Assembly (NCBI RefSeq): GCF_006345805.1
Contig: NC_043002.1
Span: 6,882,001-6,946,000, forward strand
Direction: 5' to 3'
Source: Octopus sinensis
Lineage: Eukaryota
DNA length: 64,000 bases
A program made the translations under genes and the position numbers. A model generated the notes under the pieces. That model searched no databases. It saw only the letters and a program-made list of their open reading frames with translations, and was not told the DNA's origin. Shown one piece after another: positions 1 through 12,098 of this stretch; the stretch's first letter is position 1, and the number at the start of each line of letters is the position of its first letter.

Positions 1-430
1 AGAACTGTGTTAATATAAGGAATTCGTTCTAGAAATGCAAATCAGGGGAAATACGTGAAGGTCATGGCACTTTATGAGAGCCAAGCAAGAACAATTTTGC
101 AATTTTCGAAATAAAAACGGTGCCACACCACTTGATATATTCAACAGCTACAGTATATCTTTTCAATTATTTTCAGATAAAGACCATTTTGGACTTTAGA
201 ATTACAAACCACATATTAAACTTTCAGATGCCAGATCTCTTAAGAAACGTCCACACTATCCTTCAGTTATTGGCTAATTAATAATGTGTGTAGTATATAT
301 TACTAAACCTCTCCGCTAATCTGGTGGAAGCTTGTAGTTTATCTGTCAAATGCAAAGAACCCTCCTTCACTCACCTGCAAAATTCACCTGCATGCAATGT
401 TGAAACTGACGAATATTCTAGAAATCCAAA

Positions 431-657
431 CTCTTTTACTTGCTTCAGTTATTTGAGCACCACCTTTAGTCGAACAAATCCACCCCAGGACTTATTCTTT
501 GTAAGCCAAGTACTTATTCTGTCGGTCTTTTTTGCCGAACCGCTAATTTACGGGAACGTAAACATCAACATCGGGTGTCAAGCGATGGTGGGGGAGGGAC
601 AAACAGACAGACACACACACACGAGCACACACACACACACACACACACACACGAGCG

Positions 658-703
<46 letters not shown>

Positions 704-867
704 CGACGAGCTTCTTTCAGTTTCCATGTTCCATATCCACTCATAAGGCTTTGGTCGGCCCGAGGCTATAGTAGAAGATACTTTCCCAAGGTGCCACCCA
801 CGCAGTGGGACTGAACCCCAAGCAATGTGGTTAGGAAGGAAACTCCTTACCGCACATCCACTGCTGT
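431..867 (-). mobile_element. tRNA-derived SINE family A, diverged copy
   Basis: Colinear with copies at 8104, 14088, 29525 and 51744: tRNA-like head at the right end, internal (CA)n(TA)n tract, CTCTTTTA-repeat tail at the left end. Confidence 0.85.
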
Positions 868-1370
868 AAAAAAAAAATCAACCTGTTGCTCTCTATGAAT
901 TTGCACCTGACGTAAAATTGTTTCTCCTAACCTTGATCTACAACTTGAGTGGTTGAGCGGAAAACAAGTCAAAGCAACGCACCCTTGTACAGCGAGAATA
1001 GCCACTTATCTTTTCACGCCTAGACTGCCAAACTGTTCTTTGTTTCCAGTAGAACTAAATGGAAAATAACGACAGATGGGCAAATAGATGAACCTAGATA
1101 TATACAAAGCAGTTAAGACTCGAGAGAGAGAGGGGGAACGAGAGACGTGTTTTCTATATATGTAATTGCTAATGTAATGTAGACTAAAAAAAGGAAGTAT
1201 ATATGTAATTAGAGAAGGGATGACATGGGCAGAGATGAATGACTGACTGGCTGGTTACAAAATGGGAGCCATAAATAAAAACGAAATCGTGTTTTCAATG
1301 ACATATCTGTCTTTGTCGTCTTTGTTATAATTTAAATCTTATTTTATTTTAATATCAAAAACAAATTGGC

Positions 1371-1679
<309 letters not shown>

Positions 1680-2018
1680 AAGGCAAACGGAAAGACTACA
1701 CCAGCTGTTAACACTTCAAGCTGTCGGCACGTTTGAATCAGTCGACTGTCGAGGACTGTTACACTGCAGGAGTGAGTTATTATAACTTAAAACGTTAAAG
1801 ACAGAATGAGAGCTAAATATGGCGGTGGTGGTGTTAAGTTAATGTTAGTGGTGACGGTAGTAGCGTTGGTAATGCTGATGGTGGTGTAGAGGGTAGCGGT
1901 GAAAAAAGTGGTGATGAAGCTTTTAACAAATACAATAGCGGCAATAAGGGTACAAAGGAAAGATAGGCGTGGTTGCAAAAATTATTGAATGGAAGTTGTT
2001 GCTTTATGAGTACTTGCG

Positions 2019-2132
<114 letters not shown>

Positions 2133-2209
2133 ACAATGAATGTTACAACACAACGATCATGATATAAGCGGTAGTGGTGATAAAGTTTAAATTGGTGTTA
2201 TTAGAATCG

Positions 2210-2760
2210 TTAGCAAACCAGACAAAATGGTTGGTGACATTCCGTCCGGCTTTACTTCCTGAATCCCACTGAGGTTACTTTTGTCTTCTGTGCCATTTCG
2301 GGGGTCAATAAAATAATTACCGGTTGAGCTTTAAGTGGTGCATGTAATCGATTTACCCTCACCGCAAACTTGCTGGCCTAGTGCCAAAAATTGAAATCAA
2401 TATATTATGAGGATCGTTAGAGCTTCCGTACAAAATGCTGAGTGGTATTTCATCCGTCTTTACGTTCTGATTTCAAATTCCGCCGAGGTCAACTTTGTCT
2501 TTCATTTTTCTGGGGTCGATAAAATAAGTACCATTTCCAAGCACTGAAGCCAATCTAATCGACGTACCCACTCACCCGAAGATTTCTGATCTTGTCTCAA
2601 AATTTGAAACCAATGTTGTATTAGAATTGTCAACACACTGGACAAATTCCTCGGCAGCATTTCGCCCATCTTTATGTTCCAAGCTCAAATTCTATCGAAG
2701 TCTATGAAATCGTTTTACTCCTCTCCCGGAATTGCTGGCTTGGGCCAAAATTTGAAACCA
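2210..2760 (+). mobile_element. Three degenerate tandem SINE family C copies
   Basis: Three decayed versions of ...aaattccgccgaggtcaactttg...ggggtcgataaaataagtacc...aaatttgaaacc. Confidence 0.7.
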
Positions 2761-2789
2761 TTATTATCATTATTATTATTATTATTATT

Positions 2790-3487
2790 TTTTTTTTTTT
2801 TCCTTTTTTCTTCAAATTTTCTTCCATTTCTCGCCGAGTGTCTTCCCGACTCCTAGGGCAAAGAAACTCATAGTATACAGTGGTAGGCCATTAAACCAAA
2901 CTCAGTAGTTCGTTCATTTTTTTTTTTTTTTTTAAGTTAAATTAAAATACATGAGCAGCAACAGTTCTCACATCGACAATGCTCTTCTCAATACGTGTGA
3001 TGTACCAGTTAAGACAATCTTTTGCACTTCTTGCAGGGATGGTAAGCCAGGGATCATTCTCATATAATTTTCGGTTCCCTTCTTGATCATTCCTAGTGCT
3101 CCTACGATCACTGGTATTGTAACCGCCTTGAGATGCCACATTTTCTCAATTTCAATGAGTAGGTCTTTATATTTTCTGAGCTTGTCAAACTCTTTCGATG
3201 AGATATTATGATCACAGGGGATGCTTATGTCGATCAATAAGCAAACTTTATTGTTTTGGTCTTTCACAACAATATCTGGTTTATTGGCCTTGATGGTTCG
3301 GTCTGTATGTACTGGAAAGTCCCACAGAATGGTTACATTTTCTCCTTCAGTTACAGCCTCAGGGTGGTGATTATACCACTTGTCGGCAGTTTTGATATTG
3401 TAATGCCGGCTTATTAGCCAGTGGAGATATTGGCCAACTCTGTCATGTCTTAATTTATACTCCACTGGTGCTAAGACTTTACATCCA
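2790..3487 (-). mobile_element. 5'-truncated R4/Dong-clade non-LTR retrotransposon: C-terminal restriction-like endonuclease plus 3' UTR
   Basis: Uninterrupted frame TGCKVLAPVEYKLRHDRVG...ILWDF...KPDIVV...LIDISIP...K..KY.DL...PVIVGALG to stop at 2968. This is the end of the CCHC knuckle, the RHD motif and the PD..D..K RLE motif. About 180 bp of 3' UTR; (TAA)n on both sides. Confidence 0.9.
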
Positions 3488-3511
3488 GTATTATTATTAT
3501 TATTATTATTA

Positions 3512-3550
<39 letters not shown>

Positions 3551-3571
3551 CATTATTATTGTCATTATTAT

Positions 3572-3912
3572 TTTTTTTCCTTTTTTATTCAAATTTTCTT
3601 CCGTTTCTCGCCGAGTGTTTTCCACACACCTAGGGCAGAGAAGGACATTGTATGCATTTCCAGATTACACACGCAAATTCACAAGTAAAATATGTATTTA
3701 AAAAATTAATGAATAAATAAATTCATGAATGGATGTTGTTTTCACAGCGATAATGCTCTTCTCAGTACATGAACCGTTCCAGTCAACACGATTTTTTGCA
3801 CTTCCTGTAAGGATGGTAAGCCTAGTATCATTTTCAAATAGGTTTCAGTACTTTTTTTTTATCATTCCTTGAGATCCCACAATCACTGGTACTGTAGTCG
3901 CCCTGAGATCCT
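3572..3912 (-). mobile_element. Second, more truncated and diverged R4/Dong-like 3' end
   Basis: Reads TTVPVIVGSQGMIKK/..ETYLKMILGLPSLQEVQKIVLTGTVHVLRRALSL*. Its terminus (ttcaaattttcttccgtttctcgccgagtg...cctagggca on +) matches that of the copy at 2790. Confidence 0.88.
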
Positions 3913-3978
3913 GGGGTCGATCTAATCGACTGGCCCCCTCCCCCAAAATTTCGAGCCTTGTGCCTAGAGTAGAAACGA

Positions 3979-4059
3979 TTCTTCTTCTTCTTCTTCTTCT
4001 TCTTCTTCTTCTTCTTCTTCTTCTTCTTCTTCTTCTTCTTCTTCTTCTTCTTCTTCTTC

Positions 4060-4132
<73 letters not shown>
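3979..4132. repeat. (CTT)n(TTA)n microsatellite following a SINE C tail fragment (3911-3978)
   Basis: Read directly. Confidence 0.95.
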
Positions 4133-4315
4133 CACTGCCCCTGATACGGGTGGTTTCGGACGTACTGGGTGGGAAACCATCACCATGATCAGGTATAGCT
4201 TCATTCTCGCCGTTAAATCTTCCCTCGATGTGTGGCATCATTATGTCATGAGTCGTTCGGGGGTTCCCACGAGAGTTGCTACTGGGATCCCATCTCTCTC
4301 TTCTTCTCTTTATTA

Positions 4316-6371
4316 AACACCACACTCACAGCACATACAGACACAGCAGAAGCAACAACAAGACCATCACCACTAGAGTCAAGCAAACAAATTAAACAAC
4401 ACCAACACAAAACACCCAACTTCGTACTCATCAGAAGGGACAACGAGGAAGTGATTGCCCACGTTACACAAAATATTGAATTTGAAACAAGGGAGTGATG
4501 TTCGAATCGAACACATTTCGCGTACATCTGGTGCGAATGTTGCTCTATTTCTACGCAAAAATTCGAGAGAGCTTTCTGGAGGACGTGGGAAACCCGAACG
4601 TGAGACCCACCTAGAGGATCTTAAAGGGGTCCCCCCCCCCTCACAAAAAGCCTCCACCAATTATGGAAGTTGAACCATCCGACTTTCACAAGACACTGGA
4701 AGGTAAGTAAACCTTTCGCTTCTCTCTTTATCTCGCCAATATGGCCATATTAAGAATAAGATTTTTAAATGTTGGAGATCTGGGCCACCCTGCTCAATGA
4801 CCTTAAATCTCTAGAATTGGATATAATTGCTGTCAGTGAGATCAGGATTTCGAGTACACGCGCAGTGGCCCCCATGTTCGACGACTATCTTTTAATTTGT
4901 TAGTCGGCCGGTAATGTGAGGTGGAGTGGCAGTGTTGTTTAGGAAAGAACTGGATCTCGGGGTAAGGTCGATCTTCCGGGACACGAAAGGGTAGTTGGTG
5001 GTCCTGGACGTAAGCAATAGCGAAGGTAGTCTTTAGACTGGTGGCCGTCTACGCCCCTACGGGAGCTAAACGGCCGGATTTATTTAGGCGTTTGGGAGGC
5101 TTTCTAGGTACGTCTCACCCTTTACTGTTAGACTAGAACGGAATCTTAGACATGCGGTGGGATTGTGTGGGAGTAGCTGTTAGAATATTTGGGGGATGCA
5201 AAAGCCTCAAGCACCTGATCAGCCAGTTCCAACTGTCTCACAAGTACCGACAATACAGTACCGACATGATTTCCATAATGCATTAGTGTGGACCTAGACC
5301 AACCGCATAGGATTATCTAGATCGCATATAGATAGCATTTTCACAAGGAAAATAGATAGTAATAGTGTAGGATGGCAAACAATAAGTTTGAAATCTGTAT
5401 AATTCGTAAAAGTACAAACCATAAGTTTGTAATCTGTACGGTCAACCTAAATAAGGCGCTTAGGTTAGGACCCGGGTACTGGATGCTGAACATCTTTCCG
5501 GGTCAACAGGGCCGGGTCAACAATTTAGGTAAGTAGAAGCTGACAGGTGGGAGGTCATCAGCAATAGGTGGTGGGCGGCTCTCAAAAGAGGGATTAGAGT
5601 AATATCGATAGGGTTTAGCAAAGAAATAACATTAGGAAAAATAGAAATGCGGAAGGGTTAGTATTTAAACTAGACGAGGCCATTTGTAGTGGCATTGCAA
5701 CCGACGTGATAGCAGCGAGAATGGCATTAGGCCAGTTCTTCAATGCAAAACACGAAGGTTGCATTTTCAGAGTTAAGGCGCGTACTCTAAGAAATGAGGG
5801 GATCAAAGCTGTCCGATGGGCCCGCGTGGTGGAGACGCAGCATGGTAACAAGACCACAATTCGGTCTTTGGTGGACCGAGACGGACACGATCTGGGCGAT
5901 TCCAGGCAGATGTGTAAGAGCTTTCGCCAGCACTTTGCTCGGTTGTTCGGCGAGAGTGGCGGGACGGAGATGGTGGCAGACATCAGTCCCTATCTCAACG
6001 GCTTGCCGCGTCTCCCCACATCCGACGCTGAGCGCTATGAAAGACAGATAATTTCAGTCGAAATTCAGAGTGCCATTGTCGGCTGCACGAGGCGCAAGTC
6101 ACCCAGTTTAGGTGAACTTAACGTAAATATGCCAGATTTGTTCTCCGATCTCCTCGAAGCGCTCTACTGCAACTGGCAGCGGAACGGGAGTATTCCCAGT
6201 TTTGTGACCTGGGAGTGTAGTGACGCTGCTAAGGAAAGACGAAAACAAGGACACATTAGATAACTTCAGGCCCATAACTCTGCATAACATTGAGTTTAAG
6301 GTATTAGCGAAGAGGTTGGCGCCTGTCGTCGAGGATTTGGTTGGGGAGGCACAAACCTGCACAATCGCGAT
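4316..6371 (+). pseudogene. Decayed L1/Tx1-clade LINE: end of ORF1, then ORF2 APE endonuclease and start of reverse transcriptase
   Basis: Putative ORF1 ends ...DFHKTLEGK* (stop 4708-4710). From ATG 4741: FLNV, LDIIAVSE, GVAVLF, FRLVAVYAP, YLDRI, GPGYW.LN, WWAALK, FRQHFARLF, then RT motifs TLLRK..DNFRPITLHNIEFKVLAKRL. Many stops and frameshifts; cut at 6372 by a SINE. Confidence 0.88.
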
Positions 6372-6497
6372 TAGGTCGACTTTGCCTTTCATCCTTTCGG
6401 GTTCGATGAAATAAGTACCAGTTACGCACTGGGGTCGATGTAATCGACTATTCCTCTGCCCCTAAATTTCAGGCCTTCTGCCTTTAGTTGAAAGGGT
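6372..6497 (+). mobile_element. SINE family C, 3' half, followed by (TTA)n
   Basis: Core gtcgactttgcctttcatcctttcggg...aagtacc plus aaatttcaggcctt tail. Confidence 0.85.
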
Positions 6498-6541
6498 TAT
6501 TATTATTATTATTATTACTATTATTATTATTATTATTATTA

Positions 6542-6585
<44 letters not shown>

Positions 6586-6586
6586 G

Positions 6587-7078
6587 AGTGAGAGAGCAGT
6601 GCATACCATCAAAGTGACACTGGGGTAAAATATACGAAGCCCAGTATATCCATCATGACTACCCGTCTGATAAGGGTACCCCAGGCACATGCATCACAGC
6701 CATATGACCATGCAGATGGGGCCCAGTTAGAATTTTCTTCTGGTCGAGTAACCCATCCCACTCAAAAGGTCCCTGAATAAGGGTTGTTTAAGGATGTTGA
6801 AAGAAACACCCATGTTTCCATAGGTGAATTATTCAAACCCCAAAGAATCCCTCTCATCACATGGCTGCGATGCTCCCCCACTACTTCTGCTCGTAATCAG
6901 AGATGCACATATCGTCAGGCACTAAGGGACATGCTCAACTGGTTATGGTCAAACAACTGACAAACAAATCTGTTGTATTGAGCAGAATATTTGCTGTAGC
7001 CCATCTTTTATATCAAGACAAAATAATGTACATGATAACACTTCCAATCAGTTCAGTTCGGAAGCCACGAGAGCCACG
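6587..7078. mobile_element. Unclassified ~490-bp complex-sequence segment embedded between (TTA)n tracts
   Basis: Sharp boundaries against (TTA)n at 6498-6586 and 7079-7259; no recognisable ORF; single copy in this window. Confidence 0.5.
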
Positions 7079-7111
7079 CCTGGTACTGCATCAGGGCATT
7101 TATTACTATTA

Positions 7112-7149
<38 letters not shown>

Positions 7150-7154
7150 TATTA

Positions 7155-7185
<31 letters not shown>

Positions 7186-7207
7186 TATATTATTATTATT
7201 ATTATTA

Positions 7208-7259
<52 letters not shown>

Positions 7260-8103
7260 GTGTGTGGGAGGGGGTACTCAAAATTGCATGCATGTTACGA
7301 TAGAAAAAAGCTAAAAAATACAACTTCTTATACTCATACAACTGTTTAAAAACATAAAAGGCAAGCTGTTAAGAATTTATTCTTTAAAGAAGCAAAAATT
7401 CCAACGAATTTTTATTATTTATTTATCTCTTCATAATTTTTAACTTTCATGAATATCGTCAAAGCTTTCAGTGAACGTGCAAACGTTATGTTATATTAAT
7501 CTAGACCACACAAGTTTGCTTGGAGCTAATTAGAAAAGCTAAAGAGTGATGGGATCCCTAGACTGTTACTGAGAAATAAATAACTAACAACCTGCAGGTG
7601 TAGACATCTTTGCATTTAAGAGCACAGAAAATACCACAAGAATACGAGATGTATGTTCCTCTGTTTGCTATTTTTTCTTTGCATTTTACGTTAATCTAAA
7701 AGGGAGAAGTATTTTTTCTCTCCAGATTTCTTTTCGTAATTCCATGTGTATAATTATGTTTGAACTTTGTGATTTCTTATGATGTAAAACGTAAAACACG
7801 AAGAAAAGAGTAAACCAGTTATCATCACGAACTCTTATAACTGCTGTTGTTACTGCTTTTCAAGGAACAATTGTTGCAAGAAATGGGAAGTATATACGTT
7901 TTCTGGGTTCTGCCTTTATTTATTTTACTTGTTTGAAGATGGTATATTTTCAGTTACCGAGTCAGGATGTCAATGCCGAAAATCGTTTTTAACTAGCTGT
8001 AGAGGGAGTCCCTACACAGTGACTCGACCCGGTAGGAATAGCAACCTACTTGTCTTCAGGTCATTCTTCACCATCTTTAAGAAAGAATACATTGTCTATT
8101 GAG

Positions 8104-8508
8104 TTACTCTTTTACTCTTTTACTTGTTTCAGTCATTTGACTGCAGCCATGCTGGAGCTCCGCCTTTAGTCGAGCAAATCGATCCCGGGACTTATTCTTT
8201 GTAATCCCAGTACTTATTTTATCGGTCTCTTTTGCCGAACCGCTAAGTGACGGGGACGTAAACACACCAGCATCGGTTGTCAAGCAATGCTAGGGGGACA
8301 AACACAGACACACAAACATATACACACACACTTATTTATATATACATATATACGACAGGCTTCTTTCAGTTTCCGTCTACCAAATCCACTCACAAGGCAT
8401 TGGTCGGCCCGGGTCTATAGCAGAAGACACTCGCCCAAGATGCCACGCAGTGGGACTGAACCCGGAACCATGTGGTTGGTTAGCAAGCTACTTACCACAC
8501 AGCCACTT
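8104..8508 (-). mobile_element. SINE family A, near full length
   Basis: Minus-strand head gtggctgtgtggtaagtagcttgctaaccaaccacatggttccgggttcagtccc (A- and B-box-like); tail ending in (GAGTAAAA)-type repeats. Confidence 0.92.
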
Positions 8509-9174
8509 TTTTAAAATTGCTCTGAAAAATAAACGGGGTAGACAGAGAATGTAGAATTTTATCTACGGTCAGCAGAGTTTTGTTCGATCAAGGCTGACCT
8601 GAATCAGAATAAATGACCGTGACTACGTCTTTTTTTTATATTGTATGCTCCATATTTTCGGAATAAATCGGTTTGGTTCCACCAGTCCTTTCTATGCTGT
8701 CCTAATTTTGTGAGTTCCTACCATTTACCGTCTGCTTTTTAGGTGAGTTACGCCAGTAAAACGTTTCCTGAACTAATTATGCTGATAATGAGATCATGAG
8801 GTTTCTCTCCATTTCTACGTTATTCTGCATCACGGCTGCATTGCAACATTTCACTGAAATAAATGGCACTAAACTCGATTTCCCGTCATGCTAGAAATAA
8901 CAGCGTAATCTCCTTAAAATGCTACTGTAGCCTCATAAAAATGGGAGAAAAGAATTGGATAATATAGTCTTTGAACTAGAACAAAAAATAGGATAGCAAC
9001 GTCAGGAAGGCCGTTGCACAGAGCCCTACTAAATGAGGGCTGAATGAGATTAAATAACAACTACAGCGGTTATTCTTTTGTAAAAAATCATGAATCTTCA
9101 TTTTGGCATTGAATGAAATGTCTGTTCTTTCGTTGTTTCATTTTAGCAAATACAGATCGAAATAGTTCTTAATC

Positions 9175-9380
9175 TGGCACTCCGTCGCTTACGACAACAA
9201 GGGTCCCAGTCGAATCGATCAACGGAATAGCCTATCCGTGAAATTAACGTACAAGTAGCTAGGCACTCCACAGACACGAGTACCCTTAACATAGTTCTCA
9301 GTGAGATTCAGCGTGACATAGAGCGGAAGATTGCTGGCTCGTTGAAATACAAGCACTGCTCATTTTTGCCAGCAGAATGG
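9175..9380 (-). mobile_element. SINE family B, 3' half, diverged
   Basis: Reverse complement of the 3' part of the copies at 32543 and 41556. Confidence 0.8.
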
Positions 9381-9649
9381 GATCTTTTCACCTTGACCGG
9401 CAAATTTAAAAAATAATTTCTTTGTAACTAAACACTTTTAAACTTCGTATACTGGTAGAATGTGTCATATAAAACATCTTTTTCTCTTAGCGTTCTTGAG
9501 AAAATTCTGTAGTTTGTAAGCTATTTGTTGTTAAATTTCTCGTATTTCGGCAATTTCAACCAATCAATGATATCTATTGAGGTGAATATAATTACTGCTG
9601 TTGTTTGTCAACAAGAAGTTCCGGCGGTGTATATATATACACATATGTT

Positions 9650-9786
9650 TAACACCTGAAACGTTTTATATTCTTCAAATTATATATTTATGTATCTGGC
9701 TAAGTTCTGTGTGTGCAAACATAGTAGATAGTATTAAATGAATTAATTTCATGTAATTTGAGGAATATAAAACGTTTCAGGTGTTA
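9650..9786. mobile_element. MITE-like inverted repeat
   Basis: 33-bp arms 9650-9682 and 9754-9786 with 1 mismatch; TA at both outer ends. Confidence 0.65.
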
Positions 9787-9835
9787 CAAAAAATTATTTT
9801 GTAAATCTTCCGATTAAAGTGAAAAGATCCGCAGA

Positions 9836-9955
9836 GTGTACTGGAGCAACGTGAAATAAGGTGTCTTGCGCAAGGACACAACGCCCCGTCAGTAATCGAA
9901 AGCCCGACCGTACGATCGTGAGCCACATACCCTAACCACCAATCCACACGCCTTT
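9836..9955 (-). mobile_element. SINE family D, 5' fragment
   Basis: Similar to 16240-16360. Confidence 0.6.
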
Positions 9956-10271
9956 CAAATAGTTCTAGCCACATGATAACAGGGTATATGAGATCAAACA
10001 GTAATTTGATACACAACATTCAATAGTTTGTTAAGAAGAGTTAAAGTCTAATGGATCATTCCACCATTTGTTTAATCCATAAAATCAATACCTAACATAG
10101 GACGAGTCCATTGCAATTTAAACATGGAAACCAATGAGAACTAATTAAAATAGAATAATGGATTTATTCAAGCAATATGTCTCAGCAAACTCTACTACCA
10201 TTCAATTGTGCTAACTAGATTTCATTCTGATTTCACTCGACTCGCTACAGCATTAATATGGCACTGATTTT

Positions 10272-10672
10272 AAGGCGGCGAACTGGCACAAACGTTAGCA
10301 CCCCAGGCGAAATGCGTAGCCGTATTTTATCTGCCGTTACGTTCTGAGTTCATATTCCGACAAGGTCGACTTTGCCTTTCATCGTTTCAGGGTCGATAAA
10401 TTAAGTACCAGTTACGCACTGGAGTAGATGTAATCAACTTAATCCCTTAGTCTGTCCTTGTTTGTCCACTCTATGTTTAGCCCCTTGTGGGTAGTAAAGA
10501 AATAGGTATTTCGTCTGCCGTTACGTTCTGAGTTCAAATTCCGCCGAGGTCGACTTTGCCATTCATCCTTTCGGGATCGATGAATTAAGTAACAGTTGCG
10601 TACTGGGGTCGATGTAATCGACTGTTCTCCCCCTCAAAAATTTCGAGCCTTGCGCCTTGAGTAGAGAAGAAT
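10272..10672 (+). mobile_element. SINE family C dimer (head plus two units, 184-bp period)
   Basis: Core anchors at 10368 and 10552; the two units carry different tails. Confidence 0.9.
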
Positions 10673-11690
10673 ATGGTACTGATTTTACCGAGCATGGATG
10701 TATAAGATACAATAATGACATTGTCGGGCGAATGTGGTAAGTTACATCTAGATGGCATTGACAATCTTGACGATCTAGCTTCTATCTAGATATTCTTAGA
10801 TAAGTGAGTATTACTGTATACACACGGATGTAGAGCTGATACTTAGGGAGGTGGATTATAGCATGTTTTGTTTAATACTTAATGTTAGATGATATTAATA
10901 AGAGTTAAGCATCTACACTAAGGTTGCACTATTATTTGTGGAACATGATATACTTAATCTCTTTATTTTGGCACTCTGGCCACTAACGCAGAGGGGACAC
11001 TACAAGAACAGACACAACACCACAGTGGAGACAATAAAAACATAAAACGAATGAGTATGAATATTATATAATAATGGAAGATGAAATGGCTACATGGGCC
11101 CCACTCCTCATGCAGTACCATTTGAACGTTTGTACACACAGTCTTGTCACTCTATCTGTTGGGTTTTTTTCTTTCCTTAATTATCATTTTTTTTCTCCAA
11201 ACACTTTTTCCTTTCATTTTTCCTTTCTTTTTCCTTTTTTTTTCTCTCTCTCTCTCTCTCTTTAGTGTCTCATATACGGCTCCAGTTCTAACAGATCAAT
11301 TACTGGTGGCAGCTCATTGAACTCCACCAACGCTCCGGCCGGGTCAATTCTATTCTCGCACAGAACATGATATACTCGAACCAAGAAAAACATTGTATAA
11401 ACTGAGCCATTCCTTTAGTCACTCTCTTATCGATGCAACCGTTAATTTTAGCTTTTTTTTTCTACATAAACACAACTTATAAAATCTGAAGGGAAGGGAA
11501 CTATCTATCACTTTCATTCCAGTGCTTGGCTGGTATTTTCTTTTAACGAACTCGGAAAGATAAAGGTAAAACTAATATTGGTGGGACTGGAATTCAGGAT
11601 GGAAGTAACTAGAAACCTAAAACGGAAGACCTTTCATTCGACAATAATAAGAGGATAGTTCTGTTTCAATATTGCAAGATATTTTTTTTT

Positions 11691-12098
11691 AAGGCGATGA
11701 GCTGGCAGAAACGTTAGCAGGCCGGGCGAAATTCGTAGTCGTATCTCGTCTGCCGATTACGTTCTGAGTTCAAATTCCGCCGAGGTCGACTTTGCCTTTC
11801 ATCCTTTCGGGGTCGATTAAATAAATACCAGTTACGCACTGGGGTCGATATAATCGACTTAATCCGTTTGTCTGTCCTTGTTTGTCCCCTCTGTGTTTAG
11901 CCCCTTGTGGGTAGTAAAGAAATAGGTATTTCGACTGTCTTTACGTTCTGAGTTCAAATTCCGCCGTGGTCGATTTTACCTTTCATCCTTTCGGGGTCGA
12001 TAAATTAAGTACCAGTAGCGGACTGGAGTCGATCTAATCTACTGGCCCCACTCACCCCAAAATTTCAGGCCTTTGTACCTAGATCAGAAAAGAATATA
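11691..12098 (+). mobile_element. SINE family C dimer
   Basis: Core anchors at 11788 and 11972; same two-tail arrangement as 10272. Confidence 0.9.

Noticed and set aside
4170-4200. ACCATGATCA resembling U1 snRNA
   Set aside because: Short match only; the 5' ATACTTACCTG and the Sm site are absent.
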